A stretch of 64,000 nucleotides of DNA from Vicinamibacterales bacterium (GCA_046597705.1 JBKJJZ010000126.1:857-64856); one strand, 5' to 3'. Numbered from the stretch's first letter, positions 1-9,080 are shown. A program made the numbers and translations. Notes: a model not told the origin generated them from the letters alone.

Positions 1-2
1 CC

Positions 3-467
3 AATCTGGACGAGGCGGTGAATGTCTGCGTCGATCTCGCACGGTTGCTTGACGGCAGGGACCTGCCAGGCATTCTCAGTCGCGCCGCATCGGCCATCGA
101 CGCCAAGGGGCTGGTCCTGTGGGTGATGGACGAGCAGGGCCAGACGCTGCGCGCTTCAATGGCGCATGGTTACTCAGAGCGGATGCTGGCGCGGCTTGGC
201 CAGCTTCCGGTGGCGGCCGATAACGTGACGTCGCTCGCCTGCCGCACCCTGCAGCCGCAAGTGGTGCCGGCTGCCGCGTTCGACGGTTCCGGCGCACTGG
301 CCGTGCCGCTCATCAGCACCACAGGCTGTGTGGGCGTGCTGGCGGCCGAGGTGTCCGGATCGAGAGCCAGCGAGCACCAGATTTCAGTGGCCCGGCTCAT
401 CGCTGCGCAACTCTCGTCCGTGATTCGACCCGACGCCTCGGCCATGGCCGCGTCCGTCGCCCAGTAG
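3..467 (+). CDS. GAF-like domain protein, C-terminal part (5' end lies outside the window)
   Basis: The reading frame is open to the window edge, and the listed ORF 18..467 begins at an internal GTG. The pattern GLVLWVMDEQG...LAVPLIS..GCVGVLAAE resembles the end of a GAF fold. Confidence 0.45.
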   Translation, partial: NLDEAVNVCVDLARLLDGRDLPGILSRAASAIDAKGLVLWVMDEQGQTLRASMAHGYSERMLARLGQLPVAADNVTSLACRTLQPQVVPAAAFDGSGALAVPLISTTGCVGVLAAEVSGSRASEHQISVARLIAAQLSSVIRPDASAMAASVAQ

Positions 468-722
468 CCGCCCGCCTTCGCGCTACGGCGAGGCAGGCAC
501 TGCCCACCGGAGGCTGCATCGGGACGTCTCTGGCGTCATCGGTTGCGTACAGTTGCCCGCCCTCTCTCGCATTTATCGCAGGAAATCCGTACGGCACGCG
601 TCTTGATATGGGAAGTTCCCAAGTCGCCCGGCATCACACGGGGTGTGTCTCTCTAACGACAGGCAGGCGCTGGCATCGCAGCACCCCGTGGCTCTTTGTT
701 GATGTTCGGGCGACCCTATTGA

Positions 723-837
723 CTGGGGAACTGGGGAACTGAGGAACTGAGGAACTGGCGGAACTGGAGGAACTGGGGAAGTGGCTGAACTGCAATTCTT
801 CAGTTCCGGCACTTCCCCAGTTCCGCCAGTTCGGCAC
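723..837. repeat. Tandem 8-9 nt array (CTGGGGAA / CTGAGGAA / CTGGCGGAA ...), about 8 units, followed by inverted units (TTCCCCAG, TTCCGCCAG)
   Basis: Read directly from the sequence. It lies in the convergent intergenic gap between stops at 467 and 841, and the two halves are largely complementary. Confidence 0.85.
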
Positions 838-840
838 CCA

Positions 841-2691
841 CTAAAGCGTGATCTTCAGCGCGACCACGGTCGTGTCGTCGTTGGGTGGAAAGCCGGCTCG
901 ATGCCCTTCCACGGCTTCGACAATGGAGAACACGATTTCCTTCGCGCTGAGGTGACGTGTCTTGGAGACGACGTCGATGAGGCGGCTGCTTCCGAACTCT
1001 TCGCTCCTGCGGTTCATCGCCTCGGACACGCCGTCCGAGCAGAACACAAACACATCGCCTGATTCGATTGGCAACGTGACTTCGTCGTACGTCATCCCGG
1101 GAAACGAGCCGAGGGGCACGCCCGGGGCTTCGATCAGGCCGCAGGTATCGCCGGTGGCGCGGACCGGATATGGCACACCGGAGTTGGCCAGCGTGACGCT
1201 TCTCCGCTTGAGATCGAAAATCGAGTAACACAAGGTGCAGTAATACTCTTCCAGCTGGCGCTCGTGCAGGATGGTGTTGATCGACATCAGCACGGCCGCA
1301 GGTGACGACCGCTCCGGGACGTAGCGGCGCCGGAAGGTGCGGCCGCGCACGAGTTCGCCGGCGAACACGCTGTAGAGCGCGGCGGGCACGCCCTTGCCTG
1401 AGACATCGCCCAGCGCGATGATCAGCGTCTGGGACTCCGGCACCAGGTAGTCGTAGAAATCGCCGCCCAGTTCGAGCGCCGCGGAGAACGACGCGTCGAC
1501 GTCCACGCCCTTCATCCGCTTTGGCAGCTTCGTCGGCAGCAGGGCTGCCTGCACGCGACGGGCGAATCGCAGTTCCTTCTCGAGGCGCGCTTCGGTCTGC
1601 GACACTTCCTCGTAGAGGCGCGCGTTCTCAATGGCCACCGCGGCCTGACTGGCCAGCAAGGTCAGAATCTCGACGTCACGTTTGGTGAATGCGTCGAGTT
1701 CGGGACTTTCCAGGTCGAAGACGCCGACACAACGCTCCTTGAGGAGCATCGGCACGCACAACTCCGACCGCACGTCATCGACGACCTTGATGTAGCGCGG
1801 GTCTTTCGAGACGTCGGGCACCATCACCGCCTCGCGATGCAGGGCGGCATAACCGACCAGGCCTTCACCGAGCGGGACCTTTGGCAGCGCCACGCGATCG
1901 CCAAACTGCACGGCCACTTTCATCTCGAGTTCCGTGGTGGACTCGTTGAGCAACAGGATGCCGAACGTTCGGTAGTCCACCACGCGCCGGGTCAACTGCG
2001 CGATGCGCGAGAGCAGCTCGTCGAGGTCCATGAGCGCTGCCACGTCTCGCCCGATCTCGGCGAGTGTTTCGAACGCCTCCGCATCGAGCCGCTGCTGTTC
2101 AAACAGCCGCGCATTGGCCAGCGCCAATGCCACGTGAGCCGCAAACTGGCGCAGGATCGCGGCATCGCGCTCCGAATACATGTCGCGCGATCGGCTCAGC
2201 ACGTTCAGGGCGCCAATCGGCTTGCCCTTGTGCACCAGGGGCACCGCGAGCGTCGAGGCCATGCCGGGCACCACCTCCACGTAATTGGGCTCGAGGCTGA
2301 TATCACCGACAACAATGGTTTCCTGCGTGGAGACCACTTGCCCGACGATCCCGTCGGTCAGCCGCGGGCGATAGTGCGTGGTGTCCGGATACCCGACGCC
2401 GTAGCCCACGCGCATCTCGCCGCGTTTTTCGTCCAGCAGGTAGACGGCAAACGCGTCGAAGGGAATCAGGCGTGCGATGAGGTCCGGAATCTTCTGGAGG
2501 AGTTCGTCCAGATCGACCATGGACGCCACCTGACGTCCCAGGTCGAACAACGTGAGCAGCACGTCGCGTTCGTGTGTGCCTGAAGACAGGTGCGAGGGGA
2601 GACGATTGGATGGATGCGGGCTCATGTGGGGCGTGCAGGCGCAGGCGAACTGATTGCAATTATACTTGGTCAGTCCGCGCCCCTGATCCAT
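841..2691 (-). CDS. GAF-GAF-PP2C (SpoIIE/RsbU-type) serine phosphatase
   Basis: Two GAF-like segments are followed by a C-terminal PP2C/SpoIIE pattern (GGDFYDY...GDVSGKGVPAAL...FCSDGVSEA...DDTTVVALK). The true start is probably internal (for example MSPHPSN at 2625), because 2691 overlaps the divergent fabZ start. Confidence 0.8.
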   Translation of the reverse strand: MDQGRGLTKYNCNQFACACTPHMSPHPSNRLPSHLSSGTHERDVLLTLFDLGRQVASMVDLDELLQKIPDLIARLIPFDAFAVYLLDEKRGEMRVGYGVGYPDTTHYRPRLTDGIVGQVVSTQETIVVGDISLEPNYVEVVPGMASTLAVPLVHKGKPIGALNVLSRSRDMYSERDAAILRQFAAHVALALANARLFEQQRLDAEAFETLAEIGRDVAALMDLDELLSRIAQLTRRVVDYRTFGILLLNESTTELEMKVAVQFGDRVALPKVPLGEGLVGYAALHREAVMVPDVSKDPRYIKVVDDVRSELCVPMLLKERCVGVFDLESPELDAFTKRDVEILTLLASQAAVAIENARLYEEVSQTEARLEKELRFARRVQAALLPTKLPKRMKGVDVDASFSAALELGGDFYDYLVPESQTLIIALGDVSGKGVPAALYSVFAGELVRGRTFRRRYVPERSSPAAVLMSINTILHERQLEEYYCTLCYSIFDLKRRSVTLANSGVPYPVRATGDTCGLIEAPGVPLGSFPGMTYDEVTLPIESGDVFVFCSDGVSEAMNRRSEEFGSSRLIDVVSKTRHLSAKEIVFSIVEAVEGHRAGFPPNDDTTVVALKITL

Positions 2692-3145
2692 GACCGACTT
2701 GCAACTGCCCCTCGACTATTCGGCCATCGAACGCATCCTGCCCCACCGTTTCCCGTTTTTACTGGTGGATCGCATTATCGAGTTCGAGCCTGATCAGAGG
2801 ATTGTCGGGATAAAGAATATTTCTGACAACGAACGCTCGTTGTCGAGAATCCCCGGACAACGGCCCGCGCTGCCGCCAACGTTGCTGACCGAGGCCGTGG
2901 CGCAGGTCGGCGCGATCCTGATCCTCTCGAAGGCCGAGAACCACAACAAGCTGATCTTCTTCATGGGGATCGAACGGGTCCGCTATCGCGGCTCGGTCCA
3001 TCCGGGTGATGTGGTTCGCATCGAAGGTGTCGTCAAACGACTGCGAAGCCGCATGGGCGTTCTCAGCGGATCGGCCAGCGTTGATGGCCGTGTCGTGTTG
3101 AGCGGCACGATGACGTTTGCGCTCGGGCCCCGGCCGAACGGATAG
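2690..3145 (+). CDS. fabZ: 3-hydroxyacyl-ACP dehydratase FabZ
   Basis: The N-terminal ILPHRFPFLLVDRI motif and the 151-aa hot-dog-fold size match FabZ. Confidence 0.9.
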   Translation: MTDLQLPLDYSAIERILPHRFPFLLVDRIIEFEPDQRIVGIKNISDNERSLSRIPGQRPALPPTLLTEAVAQVGAILILSKAENHNKLIFFMGIERVRYRGSVHPGDVVRIEGVVKRLRSRMGVLSGSASVDGRVVLSGTMTFALGPRPNG

Positions 3146-3149
3146 AAAC

Positions 3150-3200
3150 GTAGGGCGTGGCTTTAGCCGCGCCAATTGGCGCCCCTGAAGGGACGCCCTG
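3150..3200. repeat. REPIN-like doublet (archetype copy): GTAG-GGCGTGGCTTTAGCCGCGCC-AATT-GGCGCCCCTGAAGGGACGCC-CTG
   Basis: Two adjacent hairpins with 8-bp stems and 4-nt loops sit in inverted orientation, with a GTAG head. The copy lies between the fabZ and serA stops. The same unit recurs at 10 other sites in the window. Confidence 0.8.
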
Positions 3201-3210
3201 CAGACTTTCT

Positions 3211-4383
3211 TCAGATCGCGCGGACCATGCACACGCCGTCGAGGGCCGCCAGGCGCTCGAGCGCGCCTGCTGGCACCGGCGCATTCGTGTCAGCCACCAG
3301 GTACATCAGCTCGTTCTTCGTCGAAGTGGCGAATCCCGCGACACTGACTCCGGCCTGCGCCAGCATCTCCGTGATGCGTGCGGCAGCGTGGTCGGATACC
3401 GCGCATGCGCAGAGGCATCGGTGAGTGGCCTGCCTGGGCGCCACCAGTTCCGGGAAGTTCACCGAATTGCGCACAACGCCATGGTCCAGAAAATCGCGCA
3501 CCTCGTCAGCGACCATGACGGCGCAGTTGTCCTCCGCCTCTGCCGTGGACGCGCCAAGGTGCGGCAACGTGACGCAGTGGGGATGATTCAACGTGAGCCT
3601 GGTTGGAAAGTCGCTGATGTAGGCCTGTGCGTGCCCGGCGTCCAGGCTGCTCACCATTGCGGCTTCGTCGACGATGCCTTCGCGTGCGAAGTTGAGGACC
3701 ACCACGTTCGGCCGCATCACTTTGAGCCGGTCAGCGTCGATCAAGTGCCGGGTGGAATTGCTCAGCGGCACATGCAGCGTGACAAAGTCGGCCGTGCGTA
3801 GCGCTTCATCAAGCGATCGGGCGCGCGTAATCGCGGGCGATAGTTGCCACGCGGCATCAAGCGTGAGACCGGGGTCGTAACCCACCACCTGCATGCCGAG
3901 GGCGATCGCCGCATTGGCGACCCGCCCGCCTATGGCCCCAAGGCCGATCACCGCCAGAGTGCGTCCAGGCAGTTCAGTTCCGGCAAACGCTTTCTTGCCG
4001 GCCTCCACCGCCTTATGCAGTTCGGCGTCGGTGCCGCCCTTGCCCGTCAGCTTCCGCACGAATTCAACCGCGGGCACTACGCGCCGGCTGGCGACAATCA
4101 AGCCCGCGATCACAAGTTCCTTGACCGCGTTGGCGTTGGCCCCGGGTGCATTGAAGACCGGAATGCCGCGGGCCGTCATGGCCGCCACGGGGATGTTGTT
4201 GGTGCCGGCGCCCGCGCGGCCGATCGCCTTGAGCGATGGACCGAACGTCGCCTTGTGCAGGTCCGCGGATCGCAGCAGGATGGCGTCGGGATCAGGAATC
4301 TCAGCCGCGGTCATGAACCGGTCGTGCGGCAACCTCGCGAGCCCGGCTGCCGAAATGTTGTTGAGTGTCTGTACCTTGAACAT
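3211..4383 (-). CDS. serA: D-3-phosphoglycerate dehydrogenase (2-hydroxyacid dehydrogenase family)
   Basis: It has an NAD-binding GLGAIGGRVA motif, the catalytic region of D-isomer 2-hydroxyacid dehydrogenases, and an ACT-like C-terminus. The start is set at MFKVQTLNNIS (ATG 4383) rather than the longer ORF. Confidence 0.8.
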   Translation of the reverse strand: MFKVQTLNNISAAGLARLPHDRFMTAAEIPDPDAILLRSADLHKATFGPSLKAIGRAGAGTNNIPVAAMTARGIPVFNAPGANANAVKELVIAGLIVASRRVVPAVEFVRKLTGKGGTDAELHKAVEAGKKAFAGTELPGRTLAVIGLGAIGGRVANAAIALGMQVVGYDPGLTLDAAWQLSPAITRARSLDEALRTADFVTLHVPLSNSTRHLIDADRLKVMRPNVVVLNFAREGIVDEAAMVSSLDAGHAQAYISDFPTRLTLNHPHCVTLPHLGASTAEAEDNCAVMVADEVRDFLDHGVVRNSVNFPELVAPRQATHRCLCACAVSDHAAARITEMLAQAGVSVAGFATSTKNELMYLVADTNAPVPAGALERLAALDGVCMVRAI

Positions 4384-4414
4384 GGGACCTCTGACTGCCG
4401 AAGTTGCCAGAATA

Positions 4415-5320
4415 TCAGGCTCTCCTGGATCGCCCTGTGGGACGCACGACCAGCATGCCGGCCACAATGACTGCCGCCGCCACCAGCATGGTGCCTCGAA
4501 AAGGCTCCCCGAGCAGTATCGTGCCTAGCGCCACCGCAATCACCGGATTGACGTACGTGTAGAGCGACACGGTGGCGATTGGCAAGTGACGGAGCGCGTA
4601 CGAGTACGCCGCGAAGGCGATCACGGATCCCGCCAGCGTCAGATACACCAGTGCACCAAGTGTGCGCGCCGAGAACGAGAGGTGCGGCCACTCCCCCGTC
4701 ACGGTGCCGGCGATGGTCATGAACAGCCCCCCGAAGAACATTTGCACGGCGGCCACGCCCAGCACGTTGCGCGACACCGAATGCCGCCGCGTATATGCGG
4801 ATGCGACGGCCCATCCGGCACAGGCTATCTGCACAGCCAGAATCCCCAGCGCAGTTGCGCGACCCGATGCCCCGCCCAGCGACAGCTCGGGCCACATGAG
4901 CAGGACGATGCCGCAGAATCCGATGAAGAGGCCGCCCCATTGCCGCAGCGCGAGCCGTTCGCTGCCGGGAAAGAACGCGTCGATCGCCACCATCCAGAAG
5001 GGTGACGTGGCGATCACCACAGCAGTGAGCCCGCTCGCCAGGTACTGTTCGGCCCACACAACACCGCCATTGCCCAGCGCGATCATCAGGAATCCGAGCA
5101 GCGCCATCCGCAGCCACTCGCGTACCGGTGGCAGGCCTTCGCCGCGAGCGATCAGCCACAACGCCAGAATGGCGCCGCCGATGAGGTACCTGATGCCACC
5201 CATCAGGAACGGCGGGATGGTCTCGAGAGCCACCTTGATGGCGAGATACGTCGTGCCCCAGATCAGGCACACGGCAATCCAGGCCATCCAGGCCCTGCGT
5301 TGAACGGCGGCCGTCGTCAT
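4415..5320 (-). CDS. EamA/DMT-family permease
   Basis: A multi-TM protein with two EamA-like halves (WGTTYLAIK...). The start is set at MTTAAVQ (5320). Confidence 0.75.
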   Translation of the reverse strand: MTTAAVQRRAWMAWIAVCLIWGTTYLAIKVALETIPPFLMGGIRYLIGGAILALWLIARGEGLPPVREWLRMALLGFLMIALGNGGVVWAEQYLASGLTAVVIATSPFWMVAIDAFFPGSERLALRQWGGLFIGFCGIVLLMWPELSLGGASGRATALGILAVQIACAGWAVASAYTRRHSVSRNVLGVAAVQMFFGGLFMTIAGTVTGEWPHLSFSARTLGALVYLTLAGSVIAFAAYSYALRHLPIATVSLYTYVNPVIAVALGTILLGEPFRGTMLVAAAVIVAGMLVVRPTGRSRRA

Positions 5321-5324
5321 ATCT

Positions 5325-6281
5325 CTACTGGCGAGGTGGCTTGTATAGCACTCGCTCCAGCCGCCGGTGGAAGGAGGTAAACGGACCGTCGCTGTCGTCG
5401 GCCTCGAGGTGCTTGCGGATCTGGTGGATCTTCGCATCGAGGTCATCCGCCGCGGCAAGGATGAAGGCCTCCACCATCATTGGCTCCACGGGCGATCCAA
5501 GTGCCTTCTCTCCGTGGTGCGACAAGACCAGGTGCTCGATCTGCACCTGAAGATCATGCGGAAAGTCCGGAATGGCACGCGCAGCGTCCCTGACCATGCC
5601 CACACCGATCGTGATGTGGCCGATCATGTTCCCTTCCAGGGAATACTCGGTGGTGACGCTGTACGACAGCTCTTCGAGCTTGCCGATATCGTGCAGAATC
5701 GCGCCGGCCACAAGGACGTCCCGGTTGGCGCCGTAGGCGTCAGCCAGGTAGATGACCGAGTCAATGATCTTCAGGACGTGCTCGAGTAATCCACCACGAT
5801 AGGCGTGATGCACCGTCTGCGCGGCCGGCCAGATCCGGAAGCGGTCCGCCTGCGCGGTCACGATTCGTGTCAGCAGCTCCCTGACGGCTGGCGAAGAGAC
5901 GCGGGAGATGTGCGTCTCCAGTTCCTGCCACATCTCGTCGATCGGCCTGGGCGCGCACGGAATGCAGTCTTCTTCACGAAAGCCTTCGAGGGCGTCTCGT
6001 TGCCCATGCACGCGCCGGATCTTGTCAATCACCAGCTCGAGGCGCTGATTGAACAGATTGCCGCGCGCCTGCACTTTCACGAACTCTCCCGCGTCGAACT
6101 CTTCCTTCAGCGCATCAACATCCTGGAAGACCTTCGCCTTGATCTCGCCCGAGATGTCCTGAAGAACGATGGCGAGATAATTCCCGCTCTTGCCGCTGCG
6201 CAGTTCCTTCTTCGAGCACAGAAAGTAACCCCAGCCGTTCGCCGTGCCGTTGAGCTCCACAATCCTTGGTAGTTGAGTCAT
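5325..6281 (-). CDS. OB-fold plus HD-domain 3'-5' exoribonuclease, YhaM-like
   Basis: An N-terminal OB-like segment (YLAIVLQDISGEIKAKVF) is followed by an HD motif (HHAYRGGLLEH...AILHDIGK). The start is set at MTQLPRIVEL (6281). Confidence 0.7.
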   Translation of the reverse strand: MTQLPRIVELNGTANGWGYFLCSKKELRSGKSGNYLAIVLQDISGEIKAKVFQDVDALKEEFDAGEFVKVQARGNLFNQRLELVIDKIRRVHGQRDALEGFREEDCIPCAPRPIDEMWQELETHISRVSSPAVRELLTRIVTAQADRFRIWPAAQTVHHAYRGGLLEHVLKIIDSVIYLADAYGANRDVLVAGAILHDIGKLEELSYSVTTEYSLEGNMIGHITIGVGMVRDAARAIPDFPHDLQVQIEHLVLSHHGEKALGSPVEPMMVEAFILAAADDLDAKIHQIRKHLEADDSDGPFTSFHRRLERVLYKPPRQ

Positions 6282-6324
6282 GAGTCGATTTGAGTGTACT
6301 GCGAGATGATAAAGTTTCCGCACC

Positions 6325-7845
6325 ATGGACGCGCGTACTCTTCCCGACACCGCGTTCCTCAATCTGTTCGACGGCCTTCGTGAAGGCGTGTACATCGGCC
6401 TGGTCTCTCCGGATACCACGACCACGCTCGCCACAAACCCATTCCTGCGCCTCATCATCGGCTGGGATGATGATGTGCCGACCGAAGATCTTCGCCCGTT
6501 CGACGTCGATCGATTCGTCGATCCTCTTGCGCGCGACGGGTTCCTCTCGCAGCTCCGGCGAGACGGCGCCGTGCAGGATCACTTGATGCGGCTCCGGCGC
6601 ATGGACGGCACGGCTGTCTGGATGGAAGTCACCGCTCGTGCCGAACCGGTTGGCGACGCCTTACGGATCGAAGCCGTGATGCGTGACGTCACCGAACGAA
6701 AGAAGCTGGAAGACCAGTCGCGTGACGTGTTCCACCAGTTGTCACAGGCGGAAAAACTCGCGGCTCTCGGCCAGACGATGTCGGGGGTCGCGCACGAACT
6801 CAATAATCCGCTGGCCACTATCCTGGCGTGTGCCGAACGATTGACCAGCAAGCGTCTTGACGACCACACGCGGCGGGATATCGACGCCATCCACAACGCG
6901 GCCGAACGCGCTGCCCGCATCGTACGCAACTTGCAGACTTTTGCCCGCAAGCGCCACACCACGCGCACCATGGTGGACCTCAATCACGTGGTCCGCGAGA
7001 CCGTCGCGCTGCGCGCCTACGAACAGCACGTGGCAAACGTCGTCATCATCGAGGCGCTGGCGTCCGGCCTGCCCCAGGTGTTTGCCGACCCCCACCAGAT
7101 TCAGCAGGTGCTGCTGAACCTGGTCATCAACGCCGAGCACGCCATGCTCTCCTCCCACGGGCGCGGCCTGCTGGTGCTTCGTTCCTGGCACGAGCCCGAA
7201 CGTGACGCCGTCCTGCTGGAAGTGAGTGACGACGGACCTGGGATTTCGGATGAGGTGCAGGCGAAGATCTTTGATCCATTCTTCACGACAAAGGCCGTGG
7301 GGAAAGGGACGGGCCTTGGCCTGACGGTGGCGTACGCGATCGTGCAGGAGCACGGTGGCAGAATCTCGGTGTCTTCGAAACCTGGTGCTGGGGCCACATT
7401 CGTGCTCGAACTTCCCGCTGGGGGCACGCACGTGCGCGCGCCGGAACTTCCTGCGAGTTCGCCTCACACGGATGTCCCGGTGGGCACCAGGGCCCTTGTC
7501 GTGGAAGACGAGCGAGCTCTTGGCGAGGCCGTGGCAGACGCGTTGCGCGATACGGGATTTGAAGTGGACCGCGCTTCAGACGGCGAAGAGGCCATCGCGC
7601 GAACGCAGGCGCGCGCCTACGACCTCATCATTTGTGACTTGAAGATGCCCGGGGTGAACGGCATGGCGTTCTACCATCACCTGGCGGCAACGGCGCCGGC
7701 ATTGAAACGGCGACTGGTGTTTGTCACCGGTGACGTGGCCGGCACCGAGGCCGAGGCATTTCTCGAACAGAGTGGATGCCGCTGGCTGGCAAAGCCTTTT
7801 CGATTGCGCGACCTTGTGCGGGTTGCCCGCGAAGTGATTGCCTGA
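6325..7845 (+). CDS. Hybrid sensor histidine kinase (PAS - HisKA - HATPase_c - REC)
   Basis: It carries an H-box (VAHELNNPLATI), N and G boxes (DDGPGI, GTGLGL), and a C-terminal receiver domain (LVVEDE...DLIICDLKMPG). Confidence 0.85.
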   Translation: MDARTLPDTAFLNLFDGLREGVYIGLVSPDTTTTLATNPFLRLIIGWDDDVPTEDLRPFDVDRFVDPLARDGFLSQLRRDGAVQDHLMRLRRMDGTAVWMEVTARAEPVGDALRIEAVMRDVTERKKLEDQSRDVFHQLSQAEKLAALGQTMSGVAHELNNPLATILACAERLTSKRLDDHTRRDIDAIHNAAERAARIVRNLQTFARKRHTTRTMVDLNHVVRETVALRAYEQHVANVVIIEALASGLPQVFADPHQIQQVLLNLVINAEHAMLSSHGRGLLVLRSWHEPERDAVLLEVSDDGPGISDEVQAKIFDPFFTTKAVGKGTGLGLTVAYAIVQEHGGRISVSSKPGAGATFVLELPAGGTHVRAPELPASSPHTDVPVGTRALVVEDERALGEAVADALRDTGFEVDRASDGEEAIARTQARAYDLIICDLKMPGVNGMAFYHHLAATAPALKRRLVFVTGDVAGTEAEAFLEQSGCRWLAKPFRLRDLVRVAREVIA

Positions 7846-7852
7846 CCGGACT

Positions 7853-8590
7853 TCAGGCCACGGCCTGAGTCATGACAGGCGCCTGCGGCGTCAACGATTT
7901 GCGCAGCCGGGCCATCGCCCGCGCGTGAAGTTGCGAGACGCGGGATTCATTGACGCCAATCTGTTTTCCGATTTCCTTCATCGTCGCGTCTTTGAAGTAG
8001 TAGAGGCTGACGATGCGCCGCTCGCGGGCTGGAAGTGATGCCAATGCCGCGCGCACGTGTGCGCGAACTTCGTTGTTCTCGTACTGCTGATGGGGCGTGA
8101 GCGGCGTGCTGGGCACCAGCACCGCGGGTAGTGATGCCGCGTCAGCCGGCCCGAGATTGGCCAGCGGTGACGTGGATTCGATCGTGCTGATGCGGAGGAT
8201 CGTGCGCTCGAGCCGCGCCTCATCAGCGCCAACACGTTTCGCGAGATCGGCGACGGTCGGTTCGGAGCCAAGCTCTCGCCGAAGGGACTCACGCGCCGCC
8301 TCGAGTTCGCGGCGAACGCGACGCACGCCGCGCGGCCAGGCATCGCGGCGCAGAGCGTCGATCATGGCGCCACGCACGCGCCGTTCGGCGAATGTCTCGA
8401 ACTTGATGCCACGACTCTCATCAAAGCGATGCGCGGCGTCCATCAGGCCAAGCACACCGTCCTGCACCAGGTCAGTGACCGCGATCGAGTGCGGCATCGT
8501 CGAGGCCATCCGGCGCGCCATTGATTCGACAAACGGCAGGGTGGCAACGACACGTTCGTGCTGATCATTGGCGAGTGGTGCGCGCTGCAT
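7853..8590 (-). CDS. fliA: FliA/WhiG (sigma-28) family RNA polymerase sigma factor
   Basis: Region 2 (LVQDGVLGLMDAAHRFD) and region 4 (LYYFKDATMKEIGKQIGVNESRVSQLHARA) are typical of FliA. The start is set at ATG 8590, which has GAGGAGG 7 nt upstream. The longer ORF (to 8656) would include the promoter listed next. Confidence 0.8.
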   Translation of the reverse strand: MQRAPLANDQHERVVATLPFVESMARRMASTMPHSIAVTDLVQDGVLGLMDAAHRFDESRGIKFETFAERRVRGAMIDALRRDAWPRGVRRVRRELEAARESLRRELGSEPTVADLAKRVGADEARLERTILRISTIESTSPLANLGPADAASLPAVLVPSTPLTPHQQYENNEVRAHVRAALASLPARERRIVSLYYFKDATMKEIGKQIGVNESRVSQLHARAMARLRKSLTPQAPVMTQAVA

Positions 8591-8640
8591 TTGGATCCTC
8601 CTCAAGGCGACGAATATTTCGCCCGTCGGGCCTCTATAGG

Positions 8641-8655
8641 GCAACAGCGATGCCA
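8641..8655 (-). promoter_or_regulatory. Sigma-54 (-24/-12) promoter candidate TGGCAT-N5-TTGC
   Basis: The minus strand reads TTGGCATCGCTGTTGCC. The GG and GC elements have the canonical spacing, and the site lies about 50 nt upstream of the fliA-like ATG. An NtrC-type activator gene lies 0.7 kb away. Confidence 0.55.
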
Positions 8656-8798
8656 ACGACAGTTACGAATAAACAGCGAAACTGCACGGCGTAATCAGAT
8701 GGTTGCTAAGTCGTTGTTTTACAGCTGCTTAGCGGGCGTTTTTGCTCGTGCATGGATGTGCAGTTGTGTGCCGAACCGCGCCTAAATGGTCAATCCAA

Positions 8799-8825
8799 TG
8801 ACAGGTTGTCAGAGAGACCCTGTCA
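8799..8825 (-). terminator. Inverted repeat TGACAGG-N13-CCTGTCA just after the stop of the small ORF 8835..9080 (weak terminator or activator-binding site)
   Basis: A 7-bp stem read from the sequence, followed on the minus strand by UUGGAUUG (only weakly U-rich). Confidence 0.3.
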
Positions 8826-8834
8826 AAATATTGG

Positions 8835-9080
8835 CTATTGGGGAGCGTCCGAGGGCAATGCCACGTGGCGGATACGCTGGCTGGTGCGGATGGCGTCGAG
8901 TGCGCTCATGACCACCTGACCCGCCCTGGCGCGATGGGTGTCTTCGGCCAGGCGGTGCTCAAGGAGTTCCGCGTTGGCCAGAATGATGCCGAGCTGGTTG
9001 TTGAGCAGGTGGAAGAGTTTTGTCAGGTCCGTGTCCGAGGCACCGGCCTGCGCATCCAATCCGGACATGGTGGAGTTCAA
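8835..9080 (-). CDS. Small stand-alone DHp (HisKA-like) helical protein, 81 aa
   Basis: FHLLNNQLGIILANAELL resembles the H-box helix of histidine kinases (compare AHELNNPLATILACAERL in the neighbouring kinase). There is no ATPase domain. Its start overlaps the upstream HTH gene by 4 nt. Confidence 0.5.
   Translation of the reverse strand: MNSTMSGLDAQAGASDTDLTKLFHLLNNQLGIILANAELLEHRLAEDTHRARAGQVVMSALDAIRTSQRIRHVALPSDAPQ

Noticed and set aside
573-837. ORFs 573..812, 634..837 and 781..1062 with PVPPVPPVP / SSSSSASSS-type repeats
   Set aside because: They are translations of the octamer tandem array and its inverted copy in an intergenic gap, with no coding support.
2689-2692. Apparent head-to-head overlap of the fabZ and GAF-PP2C start codons at a CATG
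   Set aside because: It is most likely an ORF-calling artefact. The phosphatase probably starts at an internal Met (for example 2625), which leaves a normal divergent promoter gap.
7853-8656. Long form of the sigma-factor ORF starting at 8656
   Set aside because: The extra 22 codons would contain the sigma-54 promoter motif. The internal ATG at 8590 has a strong GAGGAGG ribosome-binding site, and sigma-factor homology starts after it.
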